Shown: positions 40,264 through 50,566, counted from the stretch's first letter. The stretch: DNA of 64,000 nt from an uncultured delta proteobacterium (GCA_963724765.1 CAVRVY010000003.1:640001-704000); one strand, 5' to 3'. The notes: generated from the sequence alone by a model not told the origin. Numbers and translations: made by a program.

Positions 40264-41205
40264 ATGAGTGACACCGACGGCCTTCGCTATATAAAGATAC
40301 CGCTCAACAATGGCTCCGATGAGATTCCGGCACTCGGCTTTGGCACGCTGATTCCTGATCCGATCGCAACAAAAGAGGCAGTTAGGATCTCTCTGGAGGT
40401 GGGCTTTCGTCAATTCGATTGCGCTGAGCGGTACCGAAATGAAGAACAGGTGGGCGAAGCAATGCGGGCGGTGTTCAAGGAGGGCGAGGTCAAACGGAAG
40501 GACGTTTTTGTAGGTACGAAGCTCTGGAACAACAATCATCGTCCTGAACGCGTTAGACCCGCCTTCGAGGCAAGTCTGAGAAGACTGCAACTGGACTATG
40601 TCGATCTATATAGCATCCATACTCCATTTGCTTTCAAAGCCGGGGATGAGCAAGACCCGAGAGACAAGAACGGTAATGTGATTTATGACGATGCGGCGAC
40701 TCTGACGAATACCTGGAAGGCTTTGGAGAGCCTGGTGGACGAAGGTCGGTGCAAGGTGATCGGATTGTCGAACATCAGTTTGGGACAGCTGAAGAAGGTG
40801 TTCGATATCGCTCGCGTAAAGCCAGCTGTTGTTCAGGTCGAATCCCATCCATATCTCCCTGAATGGGATTTGCTCGACTATTGCAAGAGGAATGGCATCG
40901 TGATGCAGGCCTTCGCTGCTTTGGGTCATGGTGTTGAACCCAAGTTGATCGACGATCCTGTGATCACCGTCATTGCGAAGCGCGTCAACAAAACCCCTGC
41001 TCAAGTCCTACTGGCCTGGGCGCTGCACCGCGGCACGGCTCCTCTCACCACAGCTACAAGCATCCGCCACATCGAGGAAAATTTTGATATCTCGGCTATT
41101 CCCGATGACGCCATCGAGGAGATCACTCAAGGGATCAATACGCGAGTCAGACTCAATTCGGTTGTTGACACGGGCATCCCGGGGTTCATTCCCAGGGGAA
41201 GATGA
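40264..41205 (+). CDS. Aldo/keto reductase
   Basis: GFGT, DCAERY, TKLWN, LDYVDLY and QVESHPY. Confidence 0.92.
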   Translation: MSDTDGLRYIKIPLNNGSDEIPALGFGTLIPDPIATKEAVRISLEVGFRQFDCAERYRNEEQVGEAMRAVFKEGEVKRKDVFVGTKLWNNNHRPERVRPAFEASLRRLQLDYVDLYSIHTPFAFKAGDEQDPRDKNGNVIYDDAATLTNTWKALESLVDEGRCKVIGLSNISLGQLKKVFDIARVKPAVVQVESHPYLPEWDLLDYCKRNGIVMQAFAALGHGVEPKLIDDPVITVIAKRVNKTPAQVLLAWALHRGTAPLTTATSIRHIEENFDISAIPDDAIEEITQGINTRVRLNSVVDTGIPGFIPRGR

Positions 41206-41238
41206 ACGTCCCAGCCGGAATTTCCCGCTGAGCTGAGC

Positions 41239-41350
41239 ATGCCGCGATTTGGCGTTACAACATTCCCGACCGACTATGGTCTTTCGGTCGTAGACTTAGC
41301 CACAGCTGTCGAAGAGCGCGGTCTCGACTCGATATTTTTCAATGAACACA
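41239..41350 (+). pseudogene. LLM-class F420-dependent oxidoreductase N-terminal stub
   Basis: MPRFGVTTFPTDY...AVEERGLDSIFFNEH. Confidence 0.65.
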
Positions 41351-41478
41351 GAAGGGTTTGTGAAAATCACGGAATGAAGGGGTTTACCGCGACTTCCGTC
41401 TGATCCCCGGCGAGTGCATCCAGGCGGCATACGTGTTCGGGTTGATGTGCGGACACCTTCCGCGCCTCTACACATACT

Positions 41479-42881
41479 CTAGCTGTTGGATTTCAACCCG
41501 AAGAGGTTCTTTGTCTTGATCGCCTCGGCCACAACGGCAGGGACCATCGCTTCCCAGGTTGGGTCTCGTCGCTGGATCCGTTCTAGAACTTCCGGCGTGT
41601 GAATCGACAGCAGAAATTCGTCGTAAACGTGAATGGGCACGAGGCGCCCGATCTCCAGCAGCAAGTCACGCAAGTGATTCCACGGTGGTGGAATCGGTGC
41701 TTGCAGCACCGTATGGATCTCGTTAGTAGCGGGATCGCGAGTCGGATAGACGTACATCTTCACCGAACGTTTGAATAGGCGTCCCGCGGATTCAAGCACG
41801 CCACCTGGCAGGTCCGTGAAATACCGCTCGTCCGCCACTTGTCGAAGCGCAGGCAACCCAACCGCGAACCCGATGAGGCCGTCAGTGTAGCCGGCCAGGT
41901 ACTCGGCCAATTGGTAGTAGGGCTCGAACCGCGAGATGAGAACGTCGAAACCAAGGGCGCCGAGGATTTCCGCCCAGGCGAGAAAATCCTCGCGACCGAG
42001 GCCTTGGCTCGCGCTCAGGCTCCGCAGCGTCATCTCGGCCAGCACTACGGGCTTTTGTCCTTCAACGCCTGGCTCCTGCAAAAACTGATCGAGCGCCCTG
42101 GCGAGGAGGTCGAGCGTGAGCTTCGTCGCGGGCCTGAAGCTGCCTCGCTCGACGAGGATTGGTTTCTTGTAAAGGACCTCCGACGGCTGCACGACCCCAC
42201 CGTCCGCTGTGAACATTGCGGCGTCGGTCAGTCCGCGCTCCACCAGTCGGCTAAGCAAGCGATTGTTCACACTCGCGAAGGTTGGTCCGGTGAGCTTGAT
42301 CATGTCGATGTCGATCCGTTCGCTAGACAGTTCGTCCACCAGTGAATCGAGCAAGTCCGCAATACTCGCGCGTCGCAAGAACGCGCCATGAATCAGGTTG
42401 ACGCCGAGCACACCGAGCGCGTCCTGTTGGTATTCGGTGGTTGAGTCCAAGCGGTGGGCATGAATGATGATGCTGGACGGTTCCTCGCGAGGACGGGACT
42501 GAAATCGGACTCCGAGCCAGCCGCGTCCTTTGCCGGATTCCCCGTAGCGGCTGGTGGCCACAGTGTTGGCGAAGGCGAAGAACCTCTTCGTATCGCCACG
42601 GGAAGGACCGAGGCGTTCGAGCAATGGGCGAACTCCAGTCTCAGCATTGCCTCCAGGCGTTCCCGGCTCACATAATGCTTTGCTGGACCATAAAGGTAAT
42701 CACTGACCGACATGTCATAAGCCGAGAGCGTCTTCGCCACGGTTCCGGCGGCGCCGCCGGCCAGGAAGAACCATCGTGCGACCTCCTGGCCGCCGCCAAT
42801 CTCGGCGAATGTTCCATACGTCGTGGCGTCGAGATTTACCGCCAACGCCTTTTGACGCGTGGTCTAGTCGCTCTTATCCAT
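41479..42881 (-). pseudogene. Conserved nucleotidyltransferase-like family gene (YGTFAEIG.GQEVARWFF), disrupted
   Basis: In-frame TAG at codon 6; frameshift near 42625 joins ORFs 42393..42845 and 41479..42624. Confidence 0.65.
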
Positions 42882-42943
42882 GATCGGGCGCCTCCGCGCG
42901 GGCATGTCGCGCTACTTTACCGGCTGAGTTGAACGAGAACTGG

Positions 42944-44551
42944 CTACTCCCCACCAATGTGTGCCCCCTTCTCCGCTACCGAACGACGCATGAGCAGGAT
43001 AAAAAATACCAACATCAAACCGACCGCAGCCGAAAAGGAGAAGACGTCAAAATAGGCCAGTGACGAGGCCTGCTGAGCTCGCGACTCGTCGAGAACGCCC
43101 AACGCCATTTGATGTGACAATACGGCATCGCCGTTGTGCTGCAGAAAATATGCCTGGCCCCGTGCCAAGAGAGAATTGACCGGAGGGTTCAGGGGATCGA
43201 GGCTTTCATTCAGCCGCAGGGTATGAAACTGCTCGCGCCGTTGTTGAATGATTTGGGCGACAGAGGTCCCCACACTGCCACCCTCGTTGCGCAGCAAAGC
43301 TAGCAATCCGACGGCAGCGCCGCGGATTTCCTTCGGGAGATAGATAAACGCGGCCACGTTAAGTGGGGCGAATAGCATCGAGAGTCCCGCGATCACCACC
43401 ACTCTCGGCCAGACCACCTGCCAAGGACTGATCTCCAGGTTGAGGAGAGCCATCCAGTAGCTTCCCAGCGCCATTGTGAGTAATCCGCCCGCCATCAGGT
43501 ATCGGGCATCGACTCCGCGCGATAGCAGGGCGCCGACGACAACGAGCATGATGATCGCGAAGATTCCTGATGGCGATAGAACCAACCCCGAGGTTGTGGC
43601 GTCGTAGCCAAAAAGGGACTGCAGCAAGGCGGGAAGCGAAATGGTGTTGGCGTAGAGCACCGCATAGGCGCAGAAGATAATGACGCAGCAGGTGCCAAAG
43701 TTTCGGTCGGCCGTCGACCGGAGCGCGACTAGTGGATTGCGCAGCTGCAATTCGCGATAGATCAAGCCGCCCAAGCCGAGCAAGAACAGGATCAACAGCC
43801 CCTGCACGCGATAGAACGGATCGCCGAGCCAGTCCCACTCCTGCCCCTTGCTGAGCATGACCTCCCAGCAAACCATGGTCACAGTTAGCAGACAGAGGCC
43901 GAGCACATCGAAGGGTTCGCGTCGATTTTGATTCTTGGCCCGTTCAACTTTTAAATATTCCGGATCTTCGACCACAGCGCGGCACATCAAATAGGCCAAC
44001 AGGCCGACGGGCACGTTCAGATAGAAGATCCAGCGCCAGCCGTAGTTGTCGGTGATATAGCCGCCGAGCGTTGGCCCGACAACCGGCGCGAGGAGTGCCG
44101 CCATCCCAAAGATTGTCATCGCCTGGCCTTGTTTCTCTTGCGGGAACGCATCCAGGAGCACGGCTTGGCTCGAGGGTTGGAGACCACCCCCGGCCACACC
44201 CTGAAGCGCTCGAGATGCGATTATAAAACCAAGGCTTCCGGCCATTCCGCACAAAGCGGACGCCAAGGTAAAGATGGCTATCGAGAGCAGGAAATAGTTT
44301 CGCCTGCCGAGCCGCAGCGCGAGCCATCCGGAGATCGGCAAAACGATCGCATTGGATGCGAGGTAAGTGGTGATGACCCACTCGCTGTCAACATTGGCAG
44401 CCGACAAACCGCCCGCAATGTAACGCAAGGAAACATTCGCGATCGTGGTATCCAGAACCTCCATGAAGGTCGGGATTACCACAGCAAACGCTATCAGCCA
44501 GGGATTGACCGATCGCCTCGCGAGCGGAACTTGGAGCGCTGCAGCACTCAT
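42944..44551 (-). CDS. DHA2 MFS efflux permease (EmrB/QacA-like)
   Basis: MEVLDTTIANV, WVITTY, GPTLGG and WRWIFYLNVP. Confidence 0.93.
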   Translation of the reverse strand: MSAAALQVPLARRSVNPWLIAFAVVIPTFMEVLDTTIANVSLRYIAGGLSAANVDSEWVITTYLASNAIVLPISGWLALRLGRRNYFLLSIAIFTLASALCGMAGSLGFIIASRALQGVAGGGLQPSSQAVLLDAFPQEKQGQAMTIFGMAALLAPVVGPTLGGYITDNYGWRWIFYLNVPVGLLAYLMCRAVVEDPEYLKVERAKNQNRREPFDVLGLCLLTVTMVCWEVMLSKGQEWDWLGDPFYRVQGLLILFLLGLGGLIYRELQLRNPLVALRSTADRNFGTCCVIIFCAYAVLYANTISLPALLQSLFGYDATTSGLVLSPSGIFAIIMLVVVGALLSRGVDARYLMAGGLLTMALGSYWMALLNLEISPWQVVWPRVVVIAGLSMLFAPLNVAAFIYLPKEIRGAAVGLLALLRNEGGSVGTSVAQIIQQRREQFHTLRLNESLDPLNPPVNSLLARGQAYFLQHNGDAVLSHQMALGVLDESRAQQASSLAYFDVFSFSAAVGLMLVFFILLMRRSVAEKGAHIGGE

Positions 44552-46053
44552 TGAGGGCCGGGCGCAGAAACGGGACCAGTCGCGGATACTGAGGCTTGAA
44601 GCATCTTGCCAGCGTTCGGACCGGTAGGCGTCTCGTGGATGTACACGTACGGAGTGACCGATAGCCCTATGAACAGTGGAGCTACGTCAGGATCGTAGTT
44701 GGTCAACTCGATTCGCACCGGCAGCCGCTGCACAACCTTGACGAAGTTTCCGGTCGCATTCTCGGCCGGCAAAAGCGCCAGCGTAGATCCGGTACCCATC
44801 GTGAATCCGGAAACGCGACCCTGAAAATGCCGGTGACTGCCGTACATGTCGACGTCGAGCTCCACCGGTTGACCGATGCGCAGATTCGCCAGTTGCGTCT
44901 CCTTGAAGTTAGCGTCGACCCAAATATCGGTGAGAGATCGCAACGCCATCAGCCCCTGCCCGGCGATAACCTGATCGCCTGGGTTGACGCTGCGACGCGT
45001 CACGACACCGTCAATGTCGGCCACGACATCGCAATAGGAAAGGTTCAGCTCGGCTTGATGGAGATTGGCTTGAGCCTCATTCAACTTGGCCTCAGCCTGT
45101 TTGACGTCGGGTGCATTCTTGGAAATCTCAGCGAAGATCGCATCGATATTGCCGAACGAGTCGCGCCTGTAGAACTCTGCGAGCATCTCGTCGGGAGACT
45201 CCTTGAATGAATGAAAAGACCCGAGCTCGGCCGCGGTCTGCATGAGTCGCGTCTGGGCAGCCTTGACCGCCGAATAAGTTTGGTCGAGATTCGCGGGGAT
45301 GCCGCTCAGCTCATCGCCGTTCTTAGGTGTGGGTCGCAGCCCAAGTTCAGCACGAACCTGGGCGACATCATATTGAGCCTTCTGCTGCTGTGCCTGTGCT
45401 ACCGAAAAGGCTTCCTGGAAGGCATCGAACTCAGCTTTTGATATAACCTGCTGCTGGTACAGCTGCTGTTCCCGCCCGTAGTCGGCCCGGGCCTTGATGA
45501 GCGTAGCATTCGCGGCTTGAAAAGCGTCTGCTTTGGAGTGCAGGTCGGCGACCTGGTTGTTGAGGTTGTGCATCGCATTTGCCAGCTCGAACCGTTGGCT
45601 GCGGGCGAGACTCTCAAGGCCCCGAACTTTCGTTTGTGCTGTGACAATGCCGGCCTTCGCAACCGACAGCGCAGCTTGCGCGATTTCGACTTTGACCTGG
45701 TACGGTTCCTTGTCAAGCTGCACAAGCAGGGTGCCCTTGCGCACCCGATTGTTGTCGTCCACCAGGACACGCACGACCTGACCAGGCACCCGCGGCGCCA
45801 CAAACGTCACGTGTCCGTTAACGTAGGCGTCGTCTGTTGATTCTGTTCTGAACGCAGTGATGCCCCAGGGAATGGCCTCGTATAGCGCCAAAAGGACCAG
45901 CGCTCCGCCGACGATCCACATCCACCAGGGCTTCTTTTCGGCCGGCTTCACCGTCGATGGATTGGCGATTGGCGGTTCGACCTCCAGCGTCTGCCCAGAA
46001 GGCGTTATCTGGTGTGGTTCATCCGCCCGCTCCGCTGACTTTGGATCAGCCAT
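44548..46053 (-). CDS. HlyD/EmrA-family membrane fusion protein
   Basis: STDDAYV, ANFKETQL and PAENATGNFVKVVQRLPV. Confidence 0.93.
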   Translation of the reverse strand: MADPKSAERADEPHQITPSGQTLEVEPPIANPSTVKPAEKKPWWMWIVGGALVLLALYEAIPWGITAFRTESTDDAYVNGHVTFVAPRVPGQVVRVLVDDNNRVRKGTLLVQLDKEPYQVKVEIAQAALSVAKAGIVTAQTKVRGLESLARSQRFELANAMHNLNNQVADLHSKADAFQAANATLIKARADYGREQQLYQQQVISKAEFDAFQEAFSVAQAQQQKAQYDVAQVRAELGLRPTPKNGDELSGIPANLDQTYSAVKAAQTRLMQTAAELGSFHSFKESPDEMLAEFYRRDSFGNIDAIFAEISKNAPDVKQAEAKLNEAQANLHQAELNLSYCDVVADIDGVVTRRSVNPGDQVIAGQGLMALRSLTDIWVDANFKETQLANLRIGQPVELDVDMYGSHRHFQGRVSGFTMGTGSTLALLPAENATGNFVKVVQRLPVRIELTNYDPDVAPLFIGLSVTPYVYIHETPTGPNAGKMLQASVSATGPVSAPGPQ

Positions 46054-46734
46054 TGGCACGGCACTCCTTAAGTCACAACCACAATCCGCATGCAGGATGT
46101 TGTCCTTCGCATGCCGCGATCACTGCAACAGCCGTTCGCAGATTGTGGCATGCGCATACGGGGCGAATCGCATGAAGAATGCGCGGCTGCACGACCCGGC
46201 GCGCTCGAGAAGCAAGTCGAGATGAGCGTGATCGCTGGGCCAGAAATCTCCAAATAGGACCTTGCGAGATCGCATGGCTTTTATCCATCACTTCGATCCG
46301 CAGCGTCGAACCGGAATCCAAAGCAAATGGGGCTAATAAGGACTAAGATTATGGCTGGTCTAGTTTGTGAAGGAACACCACGTTTTCCCCGATAGGCTCG
46401 CGGCCGCCATAGCCAGTTGGGCTCGGGCGATTTCGAGATACCCGCTAGTCGTTAGCCGCGGCGATCGTCGCGAAGTCTACCGCCACCACATGACTTGCGG
46501 CAAGTCAATGCATACGCCCGCAGTTTCTCTATCGGCAGCGCCTGCTGCTGCCGAAGACAACTCGCGCAGCGTCAACCCGCTACGCTGCCAGTGCGCCAAC
46601 ATCCAACCGCATCTGGCCTGTCCACACTGATGTCGTCCCCCATGGATTCGTACCTCTGAACCCATTCTGTGCTATCAGCTGCTCGCCGGAGGATGGAGTT
46701 GGTCACGGTTATCATTTATGTGGCCGGAAAATTT

Positions 46735-46823
46735 GCCGATGTGTAGCTCAAAGGTTCCAAGGCATGAGAGCCTGCTGATTTTTAATCAGTAGGTTGTCAG
46801 TTCGATTCTGACCATCGGCTTCA
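46735..46823 (+). tRNA. Atypical or pseudo tRNA (Thr-like body, TTT anticodon); likely integration site
   Basis: GCCGATG/CATCGGC acceptor, GCTC/GAGC D-stem with an 18-nt loop, GCTGA-TTTTTAA-TCAGT, GTCAG-TTCGATT-CTGAC; 2 extra nt after the acceptor; no CCA. Confidence 0.65.
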
Positions 46824-48028
46824 GAAAAATCGTGTAAATTAGCGGCTTTTTCAGAGGCGTCGCGGGACGGATCGACGTCCAATTCGGGATTGGTGCCAAA
46901 TTGGTGCCAAGTCGATCCGGTTGGCACTTCGGAGGCGTCGAGGCGATCCACGAATCCCGCGTCGGCTTGCGGGAGCCAGCGCGCATACCACTGAAGCGTC
47001 GTCGAGGGCTTCGCGTGGCCAAGCTGGGCCGCGACGTAGGTGATGGGCGCGCCCTTCGCCAAAAGGAGCGTCGCGAAGGTATGGCGTAGATCATAGAGGC
47101 GGTGTCCACTGACGCCGGCCTGCTTCATCGCGCGGGCGAACTGCTTGCGGACGCGCGAGTCGTCCAGGGGCTTGGCGTCGCGGTTGATGAACACCCACTC
47201 GGGCACGTCGCCCCATCCGCGGCGCAGGGTTTCGGCCTCGCGTAGCTTGTAGAGCGCCGTCAGGCTGTGGGCGAGATCGCGGGACATATCGACTGTGCGA
47301 ATGGAGTCGGTTTTCGTCGTACCCAATTGGCCGGCGGAGATAGCGCGCTCGACGAGGATCTTGCGCTGGGTGAAGTCGAGGTCGCTCCACTTGAGCGCGA
47401 GGGCTTCGCCGGGCCGCATGCCGGTACGGGCGAGGAGCAGGAAGATCGCGTCTGAGGAGCCGCTGAGGATCCGCGTCAGTTCCGCCTCGCTGAAGGGACG
47501 CACGGCTTTCGCGCGCTCGCTGGCGGACATCGCGCCGTTGCCCTTGTGGCCGCGCCGCCGTGAGGGTAGCGCGGCAGGGCTCGTCTTGAGGAGGCCGTCA
47601 TCGACCGCATCGGCGAGCATGACGGACAACGTGGCGCGGATGAGGCGGACGGTGCTTTTCGACAGCCCGGATTCGTGCTTTGCGGCGAGCAGGCCCTTGA
47701 CGTGGACGCGATGGAGATCGCGCAGCTTCGAGGACCGGAGCGCCGGGGCGATGTGCGTCGAGTAGAGATAGCGGTAGCTTTCGATGGTCCTGGGCTTGAT
47801 GCTGCCGGCGGCTTCGAGATGGGCGAACCAGCGCTCGGCGTAGACGGCGAGGGTGAGGTCGGGATCGACAACGGCGGGAGAGTTGTCGCGGGAGTCCACA
47901 TTGCGGTCGGCGAGGAGGTCGTCGGCCGCCTCGCGGGTCTTCGCGTGCAGGCGATGGCGCACACCCGCAGCGTCGCGGTAGTCGGCAGTCCACCCCTTGC
48001 GCAGCTTCCGCTTCCAAACTTTTGCCAC
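46748..48028 (-). CDS. Tyrosine integrase
   Basis: TGMRPGE, K, YDLRHT, QLGH and Y catalytic set; the C-terminus reads antisense through the tRNA-like sequence. Confidence 0.95.
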   Translation of the reverse strand: MAKVWKRKLRKGWTADYRDAAGVRHRLHAKTREAADDLLADRNVDSRDNSPAVVDPDLTLAVYAERWFAHLEAAGSIKPRTIESYRYLYSTHIAPALRSSKLRDLHRVHVKGLLAAKHESGLSKSTVRLIRATLSVMLADAVDDGLLKTSPAALPSRRRGHKGNGAMSASERAKAVRPFSEAELTRILSGSSDAIFLLLARTGMRPGEALALKWSDLDFTQRKILVERAISAGQLGTTKTDSIRTVDMSRDLAHSLTALYKLREAETLRRGWGDVPEWVFINRDAKPLDDSRVRKQFARAMKQAGVSGHRLYDLRHTFATLLLAKGAPITYVAAQLGHAKPSTTLQWYARWLPQADAGFVDRLDASEVPTGSTWHQFGTNPELDVDPSRDASEKAANLHDFSEADGQNRTDNLLIKNQQALMPWNL

Positions 48029-48090
48029 GGCTGAATCCTCCCTCCCTCGCTCACTGTTCCACCGCAGCGCTAGCTCGGTAGCGCTGGGAC

Positions 48091-48300
48091 CTACAGCAGA
48101 TCGCGCACCGCAACGCCGAGCGCTTCGGCAAGCCGCCTCAACACGTCGAGCGAAGGATTCAGCCTTACGCCCGATTCAAGCTGCGCGAGATAGGGTTGCG
48201 TGATGCGTGCCTTGGCCGCCAGCTCGACTTGCGTCAAACCTTTACGCTCCCTCAATCGCTTGATCTTCCCGTCCATCTCCGGTTGTGCGGCGTTGATCAC
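48091..48300 (-). CDS. XRE-family HTH repressor (possibly leaderless GTG start)
   Basis: IKRLRERKGLTQVELA...YLAQLESG..NPSL. Confidence 0.88.
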   Translation of the reverse strand: MINAAQPEMDGKIKRLRERKGLTQVELAAKARITQPYLAQLESGVRLNPSLDVLRRLAEALGVAVRDLL

Positions 48301-48306
48301 ATTTGG

Positions 48307-48349
48307 AATATAGCGCAAGGCTATACGATTGTCAATAGCCTTGCGCTAT
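48307..48349 (-). promoter_or_regulatory. Sigma70 promoter overlapped by twin operators
   Basis: TTGACA-17-TATATT on the minus strand; perfect 15-bp inverted repeat at 48310-48324 and 48335-48349, each ATAGC-N5-GCTAT. Confidence 0.85.
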
Positions 48350-48367
48350 TTTAAATTGTGGCTCGAC

Positions 48368-48781
48368 TCACCGCGAGGCGGTTTCGTGCTGGGCGATCCA
48401 CTCGGCGAGGGCCGATTCCGTGACGCGGCGGTACTTGCCTACCTTGACGGCGCGCAACGAGCCCGAGCGGATCAGCTCATAGACGTAGGACAAGGCGAAT
48501 CCGGTGCGCTGGGCGATATCGTGCGCTGCGAGGAGGCGCGGCGGTGAGGTCGGCGCGGGCGCGGCGGGAGTAGTAGCGGCTCGCCCGGTGATCGCGATTT
48601 GGATCGCGGACTGGATAACGGCACAGCGCCCGGCCAGCACCGCGAGCGCATCGGGCGACAACTGCGACAACGCCTCGGTGGGCGACGCCGCGGCTGCGAT
48701 CGCGTCGAGCGATAGCGTCGGCGAGTCGCGGGTGAGCGGCGCGTCGAGCGGAGCGCCGTTGTGATGTGGCGAGACTTGCAC
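48368..48781 (-). CDS. Excisionase-like HTH protein
   Basis: LL...IA......YVYELIRSG.L.AVKVGKYRRV. Confidence 0.78.
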   Translation of the reverse strand: MQVSPHHNGAPLDAPLTRDSPTLSLDAIAAAASPTEALSQLSPDALAVLAGRCAVIQSAIQIAITGRAATTPAAPAPTSPPRLLAAHDIAQRTGFALSYVYELIRSGSLRAVKVGKYRRVTESALAEWIAQHETASR

Positions 48782-48944
48782 CTAGAAGAACTGTATCGCG
48801 ACTTGTTGGCTGACAAACGGGGTGCAAAAAACGTGTCGCGATCCGGGAATCACGACAGCATCCGGCGCAAGTCGCTTCAGCGCCGGTGAAATTTTAGCGG
48901 GATCAGGGCGCCGAATTTTTCATGCGTCGGCGAGCCCAGCGGGT

Positions 48945-49436
48945 TTATTCGGCAGTTTCCGTAGTTTCGGGTATCTCGACGGGCGATTCGGGCGTCTCGA
49001 CGGGCTCGGCGTCGATCACTTCCTCGTCGTCTGTCGCGATCCCGTCGATATTGATCGCCGTCGCGTCGCCCTCGGTGCTCGCCGTGCCGTCCGCCTCGCC
49101 GTTCGTCTCGCCCCTCGCCGTGGATGGCCCGAATGCGGCTGAGAACCGCACGATCTCACCGCGCACCTCGCTGAGCGTGCCGTTGAGCGCCAGCGCGCGA
49201 TCCGGTGAGGGTGAGCCGAAAAGCCAGTCGCGCAACTCGCACGCCGCTTTGAGGCGCACCGATTCCTGCTTGCCGTTGCGCATGAGGGCGATGAGGCGCT
49301 CGGCGATCTCCTTGCCGTCCGAAGTTTCGGTCATCGCGTGCGCCAGGGCGGCTTTCGACGAGGGACGGCCGCCGGGATTGGGCGATGGGCCGCCCGGCTT
49401 CCAGCGGTGGGCCAGGATGTTTTCGACGTTGGGCAC
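48945..49436 (-). CDS. DUF5681/small-terminase-like protein
   Basis: WKPGGPSPNPGGRP motif; VRLKAA..L.D..FG; acidic tail. Confidence 0.55.
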   Translation of the reverse strand: MPNVENILAHRWKPGGPSPNPGGRPSSKAALAHAMTETSDGKEIAERLIALMRNGKQESVRLKAACELRDWLFGSPSPDRALALNGTLSEVRGEIVRFSAAFGPSTARGETNGEADGTASTEGDATAINIDGIATDDEEVIDAEPVETPESPVEIPETTETAE

Positions 49437-49577
49437 TGCGCAGCTTGCCTCGCTGTTTACTCGGTGATCTCAACGGCGATCATAACATTGTTTTGCGGGC
49501 GCAAAAACCCATATAATCAACGCATGATGCGGATCGCGCAATTCGTCAAAGACACGATCACCGGTAGGCGGTTCCGC

Positions 49578-50393
49578 ATGACTACTACCCGCAACGGAGT
49601 ACCAAAGGACATGCACAATTCAGCCTTCAACGAGGCCGCCCGCGAACTCGAAGATCTCGTCAAGTCGCGCCGCTCCCAGGTCGGCACGATGGCCGACGCG
49701 AAAGACTACATGGAGTCGGACATCGACGATTTTGGTCGCACGCCGCAAGGCGTGCGAAGGCGCGACATGCGCGAGTCCAGCCGCGACTGGCGCGGAATTC
49801 AAGCGCTCGATGACGACGAACTATTCGCTTTGGGCGACGAGCTTGCCGAGGAGTCGCGCGCGATGTTGGTCAGTGGTAGACCCGCCAAGATTCGCTTTCC
49901 CGGCGCGAAGGGCGACAGCACGATTGAGCCATTCGATCGCGAGCGCTACGTTGCCGATGCGGATGACGATCTCGATAGCGACTTTCCCGAGGGCCGCAGT
50001 GCGGTGCGTCAGCGCTATCAACGGCTGCGCGGCACGCTGGGCGGTGATTCGATGAGCTGGAGGTCGCAGGCGTCGCGGCGTGGCGTCGGCGAAGATTCGT
50101 ATGCGAATAGTAAGTCCCTGGGTGGCCGCACCATCGGCCCGCTCGCATTGCTCAAGAGTTTCGGCGCGATCAAGTCGAAGCTCTCGCGTGCGATGATGGA
50201 CGAGTGCCTTGATCCCAACATCTTACTGAACTATGACGCGGCGGGCACGGAACCGCGCCTCGGCGTAGATCTGAGCGCTGCGATGAGAGCGTTGGCACAA
50301 GTGCCGCCCGCCGTGCGACAGGCTTATAACATCCCGACCATCGCCGAGAACCGCTTTGAGGAGATGGGCGCCATCAGACGCGGCCTCGCGTAA
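49578..50393 (+). CDS. Acidic hypothetical protein with repeated KS motifs
   Basis: Clean ORF followed by a terminator; LVKS, NSKS, LLKS and IKS. Confidence 0.6.
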   Translation: MTTTRNGVPKDMHNSAFNEAARELEDLVKSRRSQVGTMADAKDYMESDIDDFGRTPQGVRRRDMRESSRDWRGIQALDDDELFALGDELAEESRAMLVSGRPAKIRFPGAKGDSTIEPFDRERYVADADDDLDSDFPEGRSAVRQRYQRLRGTLGGDSMSWRSQASRRGVGEDSYANSKSLGGRTIGPLALLKSFGAIKSKLSRAMMDECLDPNILLNYDAAGTEPRLGVDLSAAMRALAQVPPAVRQAYNIPTIAENRFEEMGAIRRGLA

Positions 50394-50447
50394 ATCGTTC
50401 ATAGTGGAGGCGGCGCGATCGTTTTGCGTCACGATCGCAAGCTTCCC

Positions 50448-50506
50448 GGCCGGAGCCAGACGGAGATTTGTAGTGATTTCACCGTTTGAGCTTCGGCCTT
50501 TTTTTT
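50448..50506 (+). terminator. Intrinsic terminator
   Basis: ggccggagc/gcttcggcc stem (inner cagacgg/ccgtttg) followed by T8. Confidence 0.6.
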
Positions 50507-50566
50507 GTGCTGCGTTAATAGCCAGTAGCGTCGAGTCGCTAGTAGCTAGTAGCCGAGAAACGCCGA

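Larger units (their letters stand above)
20831..46734. mobile_element. Mosaic accessory island downstream of tRNA-Thr
   Basis: Drop in GC after the tRNA, many truncated genes and an IS; bounded on the right by a tRNA-like att site; boundaries inferred. Confidence 0.55.

Noticed and set aside
42864-42866. In-frame TAG as pyrrolysine or readthrough
   Set aside because: The gene also has a frameshift; decay or sequence error is simpler.
20755-46823. The two tRNA sequences as attL/attR of a single island
   Set aside because: They share only patchy identity with different acceptor stems and no exact core repeat; the integrase lies outside this interval.
48830-48930. Possible cos/pac packaging site next to the TerS-like gene
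   Set aside because: Position is suggestive but no recognisable cos symmetry could be established by eye.
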